A stretch of 64,000 nucleotides of DNA from assembly GCA_963815215.1 (NCBI GenBank), contig CAWFFU010000011.1:512001-576000 (forward strand), written 5' to 3'. The position numbers were made by a program, and so were the translations under genes. Positions 56,989 to 64,000 of the stretch are shown one piece after another (positions within the stretch are counted from its first letter, which is position 1; every line of letters starts with the position of its first letter). The notes under the pieces were generated by a model that saw only the letters and a program-made list of their open reading frames with translations, did no database searches and had not been told where the DNA came from. Origin of the DNA: an uncultured Trueperaceae bacterium. GTDB taxonomy: Bacteria; Deinococcota; Deinococci; Deinococcales; Trueperaceae.

Positions 56989-57930
56989 ATGAAGCAGATA
57001 GGTGTCTCGCTGCAGGGCGCTCTGAACGCCATGACGGAACAGCTCCTCATCCTGGACCTCGAGGGCACCATCCTTGCCTGCAACACCGCGTGGCGGGACG
57101 CACATCTTCGCGACACGTCGGGACCGCAGGAGTTCGTCGGTCTCCCCGTTCGCGACGCGTTCCGGCCGGCCCACGGGATCGCCGAGAACGCCATCGACCG
57201 GATCCTGGAAGGCATCGACGGGGTGCTCCACGGCGGCTTGGCTCGCTTCGAGTTTGAGTACCGGGACGCTTTCGATTCCCAGATCCGTTGGTTCCTGCTG
57301 AGCGTCACGGTCATTAGCGACGGGCAACGGGGGGCCCTGCTCACGGTGCGCGACATCAGCTCCCAGAAGGCGCGCGAGGACACGTTGCTGACGCGCGCCA
57401 ACTTCGATCCCCTCACGGGGCTCGCCGGTCGCGGCTACTTCCTGCTCGAGGCCGAACACATGCTGTTGCTCGCCAAGCGGCAAGGCTGGCATCCGGCGCT
57501 CATCTTCCTCGACATCAACCGGTTCAAGGAGATCAACGACCGCCACGGCCACAGGGTGGGCGACCTGGTGTTGGAGCGCGTGGGACTGCGCTTGCGGCGA
57601 CGGACGCGTGCGAGCGACCTGGTGGCCCGTTTCGGAGGCGACGAGTTCGTCATCCTCCTGAACGACGTCACGTCGGAAGAGACCAAGCGGATCGTGTCGA
57701 TCTACCGGAGGAGCCTGGCGCAGCCGCCCATCATCGATGGCATGGCCATCACCGTGCAGGCCAGCTTCGGCGTGGCCCACTACCCTGTCGACGGCGCCAC
57801 CGTCGAGGCCATGCTGGCGACGGCCGACAAGGCCATGTACGCCGCCAAGGCATCGGCCAAACGGCGCCGGAGTCGGCACAGCAGGTCGGGTGCTATCGCC
57901 GCTCGGGCCGAGAACCGCGCATCGCAGTAG
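56989..57930 (+). CDS. PAS-GGDEF diguanylate cyclase
   Basis: SD AAGGAGG; PAS 'ILDLEGTILACNTAW'; 'DPLTGL', 'FKEINDRHGH', 'ARFGGDEF', 'ADKAMYAAK'. Confidence 0.93.
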   Translation: MKQIGVSLQGALNAMTEQLLILDLEGTILACNTAWRDAHLRDTSGPQEFVGLPVRDAFRPAHGIAENAIDRILEGIDGVLHGGLARFEFEYRDAFDSQIRWFLLSVTVISDGQRGALLTVRDISSQKAREDTLLTRANFDPLTGLAGRGYFLLEAEHMLLLAKRQGWHPALIFLDINRFKEINDRHGHRVGDLVLERVGLRLRRRTRASDLVARFGGDEFVILLNDVTSEETKRIVSIYRRSLAQPPIIDGMAITVQASFGVAHYPVDGATVEAMLATADKAMYAAKASAKRRRSRHSRSGAIAARAENRASQ

Positions 57931-58290
57931 CCCTTCGGACGTTGTCGGTGCAGGCCTCAGCTCGTACTCAGCGCGAATACGCGGAAGCCCTCAGCGCTCA
58001 TCCATGGGCCCCGGGTCGTCCGATGGTTGGCGTGGACGGCGCGGCGGGTGCGTGGACGTCTACTGCACCGTCCAGGGATGCCAGCCCCGCACGTACTTCG
58101 CTGAGGGCGTAGCTGGCGCGAGCGGGGAACCTTAGCAGCTGAACGCCGGCCGCGGCGCAGGCGCCCTCGAAGAAAGCATCGCGCGCGAGGCGGCTGCGGA
58201 TGGAGATGTCGACCGTCCGGTCGCTCGCTCACCTGTGTCGATGCCGTCTGGAGGGCGCTTCGTCGCGTTCACGGCCCCGCACGTACCAGG

Positions 58291-59118
58291 TCATCCAACG
58301 TCGAAGCCTACTGCTACGCCACCAGCCCCCGTCGCTCGGATCCGTTCCAGCGCCACGGTCTTGAGCTGCTCCCTGGCGCGCGCATACACAGCTCGATGGT
58401 CGGGCGCGTCTGCGCTGTGCTCCCAGACCGATCGGAGGGTCCGGTAGAGCGCGCTTCCGATGTTCACCTTCACGACGCCCAGTGCCCGGGCCACCACCAG
58501 ATCCGAAGTCGGAATCCCGCTCCCCCCGTGGAGCACCAACGGGCCCCCGACGCTCTCGGCGACCTCGCGCAACCGGTCCAGGTCGAGCACGCTCGCCCGT
58601 CCGTGCTCACTGCCCACGGAGACCGCCACCATGTCGGCACCGGCCTCCTCGAACAGCCGGGCCACCTCCTCGGCACGCGTCGCCGTCACGTGACCATGGT
58701 TGAAACTGTCGGCTGCCACCTCCACGGACGCTCCCATCGCGTGCGCTACCTCCACGATGCGGCTCGTCTGCGCGACCACTTCGCCGAAGGGCCGTTCCGC
58801 CCCGTCGAACATGACCGAGCCGTATCCGGCCCGCAGGCACGTCATCGCCATCTCGAAGTCCCGGCCGTGATCCAGGTGGAGCAGCACCGGCACCCTCGTG
58901 CGCGCCGCGAGGGACCGGACGAGCGCCGCCATCGCCGCCGCCGGGACCTGCTCGAGGTCGGTGGGGTAGGTCTGCACGATGATCGGCGCCGACGCCTCCT
59001 CCGCGGCCTCCACGCACGCACGCACCATCTCGGCGCTGCACACGTTGAAGGCGGGAAGGCTGAACCGTCGCCCGAAGGCGTAGCGGATCAGCTCGCGACC
59101 GTCCTCGACGAAAGGCAC
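58291..59118 (-). CDS. iolJ: Class II aldolase, probable 6-phospho-5-dehydro-2-deoxy-D-gluconate aldolase
   Basis: 'PAFNV', 'LHLDHG', 'SVMFDG', 'VGSEHG', 'VLHGGSG', 'KVNIG'; last gene of the iol operon. Confidence 0.75.
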   Translation of the reverse strand: MPFVEDGRELIRYAFGRRFSLPAFNVCSAEMVRACVEAAEEASAPIIVQTYPTDLEQVPAAAMAALVRSLAARTRVPVLLHLDHGRDFEMAMTCLRAGYGSVMFDGAERPFGEVVAQTSRIVEVAHAMGASVEVAADSFNHGHVTATRAEEVARLFEEAGADMVAVSVGSEHGRASVLDLDRLREVAESVGGPLVLHGGSGIPTSDLVVARALGVVKVNIGSALYRTLRSVWEHSADAPDHRAVYARAREQLKTVALERIRATGAGGVAVGFDVG

Positions 59119-59119
59119 C

Positions 59120-60136
59120 TCAGAAGCCGCCGTGCTCCTTCACGAACTCCAGGGCCTCGTCCTCGAATGCCGTGAAGTTCGCGCAGCCGTGTCGCGTCAC
59201 CACGATGGCGCCGCAGGCGTTGCCCATGCGGGCGCTCTTGTGCCAATCCCAGCCCCGGGCACGACCGTAGATGACGCCCGCCGCGAACGCGTCGCCTGCG
59301 CCCAGCACGTTCATGACCTCGACCGGGAAGCCCGGCACCCGCGTGACGGTGCCGTCGGCCAGGTGCACGGTGCACCCTTCCGCGCCGCGCTTCACGAGCA
59401 GCGTCTCCGGGCCGGGCCTGCGCGCAAGCATCGCCTCGATGTTGGCATCGACGTCGCCACGGATGATCGGCGCGGAGATCTGCTGGTCGCGGATCTCGAC
59501 GTCGGCCGGATCGCTCAACATGGCTGCGTTGATCTCCTCCACGGTCCCGAACACCACTGTCACCAGCGGCAACAGCGCGCGCACGGCCAGGCCGAAGGCA
59601 CGCGGATCGTGCCACTGGTCGGCGCGGAAGTCGAGGTCGAGGTAGACCGTCACCCCGGCCACGTGCGCCTGCTCCGCGGCGAAGAACGCCGCGGAGCGGC
59701 TCGGCTCCGCGTACAGGGCCGTCGCCGAGATCTCCAGCGCGCCGGCTTCGGCGATCGGCGCCGCGGCCACGTCGTCGATGCTGAGCGCCATGTCGGCGCA
59801 ATTCTCCCGGTAGTACACCAGCGGGAACCGGTCCTTCTCGATGCCGAGCAGCACCGCGCTGGTCCGCTTGCCCGGCTTGGTCGGGATGAACCGCGTGGCC
59901 ACCCCTTCCCGGTCCAGGAAGTGACGGATGAAGTCGCCGACCTTGTCCCGACCCACGGCGGTCAAAAGCGCTACCTCGAGTCCGAGCCGCCGCGCTCCCA
60001 CGGCGATGTTCGTCGGGCTCCCGCCGACGTAGGCCGCGAAGCTCGTGATCTCCTCGAAGGGCGCGCCCACGTCGTTGCTGTACAGATCGATGGAGGAGCG
60101 CCCCAGCGTGATCAGATCGTATCGGTCGTTGCTCAC
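59120..60136 (-). CDS. iolC: 5-dehydro-2-deoxygluconokinase
   Basis: 'DLITLGRSSIDLY', 'YVGGSPTNIAVG', 'YYRENCAD', 'DLDFR', 'LGAGDAF'. Confidence 0.93.
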   Translation of the reverse strand: MSNDRYDLITLGRSSIDLYSNDVGAPFEEITSFAAYVGGSPTNIAVGARRLGLEVALLTAVGRDKVGDFIRHFLDREGVATRFIPTKPGKRTSAVLLGIEKDRFPLVYYRENCADMALSIDDVAAAPIAEAGALEISATALYAEPSRSAAFFAAEQAHVAGVTVYLDLDFRADQWHDPRAFGLAVRALLPLVTVVFGTVEEINAAMLSDPADVEIRDQQISAPIIRGDVDANIEAMLARRPGPETLLVKRGAEGCTVHLADGTVTRVPGFPVEVMNVLGAGDAFAAGVIYGRARGWDWHKSARMGNACGAIVVTRHGCANFTAFEDEALEFVKEHGGF

Positions 60137-60146
60137 CGTGCCCGCC

Positions 60147-61637
60147 TCAGAACTGCCGACTCCACGCCGCCGGCCAGCGCTCGATCACGACCTTCGTCTG
60201 GGTGTAGAACTCGACACCGTGCCGCGCCTGGGCGTGGAGGTCGCCGAAGAACGAGTCGCCCCAACCGCTGAAGGGGAAGAAAGCCATCGGCGCCGCGACG
60301 CCCAGGTTCACGCCGATGTTGCCGGCGCGCACGCGCTTGCGGAACGCTCTCGCGGCCGACCCGGACGCGGTGAACACGCACGCCTGGTTGCCGAAGGCGC
60401 GGTCGTTCACCAGGTCGATGGCCTCTTCCAGGTCGCGGGCGTGCATCAGGCTCAGCACCGGACCGAACACCTCGGTCGTCGCCAGCGTGCCCGCCGGGTC
60501 GACCTCGTCCACCACCGTGGGATGCACGAAGAAGCCGTCGCTGAACGCATCGCCAGCCACTTCGCGGCCGCGGCCATCGACCAGCAGCCGTCCGCCCTCC
60601 TCCACGCCGCGGCCGACCAGGGCACCGACCCGCTCGCGCGAGGCGGCCGTGATCACCGGACCCATCTGCACCCCCTCGTCGAGGCCGAAGCCGACCTTCC
60701 TGCTAACGGCGTCCTCGACGATGCGTTCAGTGAAGCGGGCGCGCGCGTCGCCGACGGTGATGGCCACCGACGTCGCCAGGCAGCGCTGGCCGGCGCAGCC
60801 GAAGGCGCTGTCGGCCAGGATGCGGGTGCTCATGTCCATGTCGGCATCGGGCAGGATCACCGCCGGGTTCTTGGCGCCCCCCTGACACTGCGCGCGTTTG
60901 CCGTTCGCGGTGGCGCGACCGTAGATGTACCTCGCCACGGGCGTCGAGCCCACGAACGACACGCCCTTCACGAGCGGGTGGTCGAGCAAGGCATCGACCG
61001 TCTCCTTGCCGCCATTCACGAGGCTGAGCACGCCCTCGGGGAAACCCGCCCGCTCGATCAGGCGGAACAGGGCCTGCGTGGTCATCGGCACCCGCTCGCT
61101 CGGCTTCAGCACGAACGCGTTGCCCGTGGCCACCGCGTACGGCAGGAACCAGAGCGGGATCATGCCCGGGAAGTTGAAGGGCGTGATGGCCGCGACCACC
61201 CCCAACGGCTGCCGGAAGACGTGCTCGTCGATCCCGGGCGCGATGTCCTCGTTGTTCCAGCCCTGCATCAGGCTCGGCATGCCGCAGGCCACCTCGACGT
61301 TCTCGATGCCGCGCTGCAGCTCGCCCTTGGACTCCGCGAACGTCTTGCCGCACTCGAGCGTGGTCGTCCGCGCCAGCTCGTCGATGTGCTCCTCCAGGAG
61401 CGACTTGAGGCGGTACAACGGCTGCACCCGGTCGACCACGGGCACCTCGCTCCAGACCAGCTGGGCCTGGTGCGCGGCCCGCACCGCCTCGTCGACCTCC
61501 GCCGCTGCGCTCAAGGGCACCGACGCGATCACCTCCGCCGTGGCGGGATTGACCACATCCTGCCGGGCGCCGGCGCCGGAGCGGCGCCAGCCGCCGGCCA
61601 CGAAGTTCAGCATCTCTTCCTTGCTCTGGGTCGTCAT
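60147..61637 (-). CDS. iolA: CoA-acylating (methyl)malonate-semialdehyde dehydrogenase
   Basis: 'ITPFNFPGMIPLW', 'LKPSE', 'SFVGST', 'GGAKN', 'GCAGQRCLA', 'SFFGDLH'. Confidence 0.93.
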   Translation of the reverse strand: MTTQSKEEMLNFVAGGWRRSGAGARQDVVNPATAEVIASVPLSAAAEVDEAVRAAHQAQLVWSEVPVVDRVQPLYRLKSLLEEHIDELARTTTLECGKTFAESKGELQRGIENVEVACGMPSLMQGWNNEDIAPGIDEHVFRQPLGVVAAITPFNFPGMIPLWFLPYAVATGNAFVLKPSERVPMTTQALFRLIERAGFPEGVLSLVNGGKETVDALLDHPLVKGVSFVGSTPVARYIYGRATANGKRAQCQGGAKNPAVILPDADMDMSTRILADSAFGCAGQRCLATSVAITVGDARARFTERIVEDAVSRKVGFGLDEGVQMGPVITAASRERVGALVGRGVEEGGRLLVDGRGREVAGDAFSDGFFVHPTVVDEVDPAGTLATTEVFGPVLSLMHARDLEEAIDLVNDRAFGNQACVFTASGSAARAFRKRVRAGNIGVNLGVAAPMAFFPFSGWGDSFFGDLHAQARHGVEFYTQTKVVIERWPAAWSRQF

Positions 61638-61668
61638 GGGCCCTCCAGGATCGGTACGGTCGCTTTCA

Positions 61669-62517
61669 TCATGAACGCTCGGACGCGACCTCCCGATGAT
61701 CGAGCGTCGGGGTCTCGTGTGGTTCGGGGCCGGTGGGTCCGACCTCGCCACCTTCCATCGGAGCCGTCTCGCAGCGGATCGAGCGCCGGACGAGCTCGAC
61801 GAACTCGGCCGGCGCACTGGCGTCGGTGACGAGCTCGTCGACATCCGCGAGGTCGGCGTACCTGGCGAGCGTGACCCGAGCCAGCTTGCTGGCGTCGGCG
61901 AGCACGACCGTTCGGGTGGACGCCCGCACCATCGCCGCCTTGGTCTCCGCCTCCAGGGCGTTGGGCGTGGTGAAGCCACGCTCGACGTCCACGCCGGTGG
62001 CGCCCAGGAACGCGACGTCGGCGTGGTAGGCGCGGAGCGTCTCCACCGTGGCCGGTCCGATCATCGCCAGGCTGTGGTGCCGCAAGTGCCCGCCGAGGAG
62101 CAGCACATCGAACGACGAGCCGGCGAGCTCGAGCGCTACCGGGATCGAATTGGTGATGACCACCACGTGCCTGCGCCGCCGCTGAAGCAAGCGTGCCAGC
62201 GCCAAGGTGGTGCTGCCACCATCGAGGATGATCGACTCACCGTCGTGGATCCGCGATAGGGCGAGCTCCGCGATGGCGAGCTTGGCGCGTGACCGGACGT
62301 GCTCCTTCTCCTTGAACGAGGGGTTGTACAGCACCCGCGGCGCGAACACCGCGCCACCGTGGACCCGCTCCAGCAGGCCGCGCTGCTCGAGCTGCTTGAG
62401 GTCCTTGCGGATGGTGACCTCGCTCACCTCGAAGCGGCCGCTGAGTTCGTCGACCGAGACGGCGCGCTGCCGCTCCAACAGGTCGATGATGGTGCTCCTT
62501 CGCCTGCCCGCCTTCAT
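61669..62517 (-). CDS. DeoR/GlpR family regulator (IolR-like)
   Basis: 'VSEVTIRKDL', 'RVHGGA', 'ILDGGSTT', 'VITNS', 'LADASK'. Confidence 0.93.
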   Translation of the reverse strand: MKAGRRRSTIIDLLERQRAVSVDELSGRFEVSEVTIRKDLKQLEQRGLLERVHGGAVFAPRVLYNPSFKEKEHVRSRAKLAIAELALSRIHDGESIILDGGSTTLALARLLQRRRRHVVVITNSIPVALELAGSSFDVLLLGGHLRHHSLAMIGPATVETLRAYHADVAFLGATGVDVERGFTTPNALEAETKAAMVRASTRTVVLADASKLARVTLARYADLADVDELVTDASAPAEFVELVRRSIRCETAPMEGGEVGPTGPEPHETPTLDHREVASERS

Positions 62518-63344
62518 GAATCGGCCCGGATCGGCAGCCGCAACGGCCGTCCATCCCACTCCTCACGCATCCACGCCCACTCGGTGTCGTCCACCGGAGG
62601 TGTGGCGCGGGCCTCGTCGAGTAGCTCGCCGGCCATGTAGTTCAGATAGTAGAGGTTCGACCCGGGCGGCGCGGCCACCGGGTGGAAACCGCGCGGCACC
62701 AGCACCAGATCGCCGTCGCGCACCAGCACGAGCTCGTCGAGCTCACCGTCACCCGTGTAGTTGCGGTGCACGCCCCACCCGTTCCGCGGTTGGATCTTGT
62801 AGTAGTAGATCTCCTCGACGTAGGCCGAGCCCTCCTCGCCGTCGTGGCGATGGGGCGGCCACCCGGACCAGTAGCCGCTCGGGGTGTAGACCTCGAACAG
62901 GTAGAGCCGCTCCGCGGGCAGGTGCGGTCCCAACACGTGGCTCACCTGGCGATAGGCGTTGGCGCCTCCCCGCAGCTCCACCTTCATCTCATCGGGCCGG
63001 AACAGTCGCAGCGGGTAGCGCCCCTCGGCAGGGGCGCCGCCGATCGTGAACTCGAACGTCTCTTCGGCCACCACCGCATAGTCCGTGCCTGGTGGCATGT
63101 ACAGCACCGAGGGCAAGGCCTGGAAGACGCTGGCTCGGCGCAGCTCGAAGGTCTCGCCGCCCACCTCCACGCGCCCTGCGCCCTCGATCGGCACCAGCGC
63201 CACCTCGCTACCGTCGGTGCGGGCCCGGTAACTCTCCCCGGCCGACAGCCGCACCGCCCGGAACGAGACGTAGGTCCATCCGGCCGACGCAGGGTCGACA
63301 TCGACCAGGACGCCGCGGTCGGCCGTGGGCCGGATCGGGTTCAC
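62514..63344 (-). CDS. iolB: 5-deoxy-glucuronate isomerase
   Basis: 'EVYTPSGYWSGWPPHRHD', 'EEIYYY', 'VPRGFHPV', 'YYLNYMAG'. Confidence 0.95.
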   Translation of the reverse strand: MNPIRPTADRGVLVDVDPASAGWTYVSFRAVRLSAGESYRARTDGSEVALVPIEGAGRVEVGGETFELRRASVFQALPSVLYMPPGTDYAVVAEETFEFTIGGAPAEGRYPLRLFRPDEMKVELRGGANAYRQVSHVLGPHLPAERLYLFEVYTPSGYWSGWPPHRHDGEEGSAYVEEIYYYKIQPRNGWGVHRNYTGDGELDELVLVRDGDLVLVPRGFHPVAAPPGSNLYYLNYMAGELLDEARATPPVDDTEWAWMREEWDGRPLRLPIRADS

Positions 63345-64000
63345 GACGCCCCCTCCACGGACACCGCCCGCTGACTTCGGAAGCTGAGGGTCGCAGCCTG
63401 CGCGATCTTCATCGCCTGCAACGCGTCGTCGATGCCGGGCGACGGCGGCGTCCCCGCTCGCACGCTGGCGACGAAGGCCCGCAGCTCCTCGTGCGACGCG
63501 TCGCGGAACCTGTCGGTGAAGAAGGTGTAGTGGTCGGCGCTCACCCCCTGCTCGCCGTAACGCAACAGCGGGGTCTTCGGGGTGGCATCGACCACCAGCT
63601 TGCCGCCGCTGCCGAAGACCTCGGTGCGGATATCGTACCCGTAGACGGCCCGACGGGAGTTCTCGATCACGCCCAGAGCGCCGCTCTGGAAGCGGAGCAT
63701 GGTGACGGCGGTGTCGGCGTCACCCATGGCTCCGATCTCCTCGTCGACGCGCGCAGCGCCCCAGACCATCACCTCGCTCACCTCACCCACCAGGAAGCGC
63801 GCCAGGTCGAACTCGTGCAGGGCCTGATCGAAGAAGATGCCGCCCGACACCTTCAGGTAGGACATCGGCGGTGGCGCGGGGTCGCGCCCGACGGAACGGA
63901 ACTGGTCGATCGTGCCGATCTCGCCGGCGTCGATCCGGCGGCGCGCCTCCGCGTAGCCGGGGTCGAAGCGCCGCTGGAAACCGATCTGGAAGGGGACGCT
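63341..64000 (-). CDS. iolG: Inositol 2-dehydrogenase-like Gfo/Idh/MocA protein, 5'-truncated
   Basis: Frame is open to the window edge: 'QIGFQRRFDP', 'SGGIFFD', 'NSRRAVYGYDIRTEVFGS'. Confidence 0.85.
   Translation of the reverse strand, partial: SVPFQIGFQRRFDPGYAEARRRIDAGEIGTIDQFRSVGRDPAPPPMSYLKVSGGIFFDQALHEFDLARFLVGEVSEVMVWGAARVDEEIGAMGDADTAVTMLRFQSGALGVIENSRRAVYGYDIRTEVFGSGGKLVVDATPKTPLLRYGEQGVSADHYTFFTDRFRDASHEELRAFVASVRAGTPPSPGIDDALQAMKIAQAATLSFRSQRAVSVEGAS

Noticed and set aside
1..64000. Many long overlapping or antisense ORFs in the six-frame track (e.g. 301-1923, 14915-16273, 26966-28885, 43632-45473, 60045-61829)
   Set aside because: Arg/Pro/Ala-rich shadow frames expected in high-GC DNA; each overlaps a gene with clear family motifs.
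1..64000. CRISPR array, tRNA/rRNA, transposase/integrase, known defence genes
   Set aside because: I saw no regularly spaced repeats, RNA gene signatures or recombinase/transposase motifs. A covariance-model scan was not possible.

Overview
High-GC, gene-dense bacterial window. Signal-peptide style, leaderless -10 promoters and a V/A-type ATPase suggest Deinococcota, possibly Trueperaceae-like (inference only). In order, it holds: (1) the 3' end of an aeRF1-type release-factor homologue, a complete V/A-type ATP synthase operon (G-C-I-K-F-E-A-B-D), and a coupled USP and unknown gene; (2) rbsK-rbsD and a secreted Ser/Thr-rich protein; (3) a single-chain MurT-GatD fusion; (4) an operon with an isochorismatase, a PotABCD-like ABC transporter and a GH63-like hydrolase; (5) a ~15 kb GntR-controlled organosulfonate-type catabolic regulon (SuyAB, Gfo/Idh/MocA, TctABC, LVIVD propeller, AprAB-like flavoprotein/ferredoxin, creatininase, cupin, 2-hydroxyacid dehydrogenase, NitT/TauT ABC), whose two near-consensus sigma70 promoters share an identical 20-bp element; (6) a stress/signalling block (VOC, tandem USP plus cyclic beta-1,2-glucan synthase, fatty acid desaturase, KaiC-like ATPase plus pseudo-REC-PAS-LuxR regulator, mini-HNH, PAS-GGDEF); (7) part of a myo-inositol (iol) operon. 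I found no rRNA, tRNA, CRISPR array or transposase. All calls come from motif recognition by eye; no searches were run.
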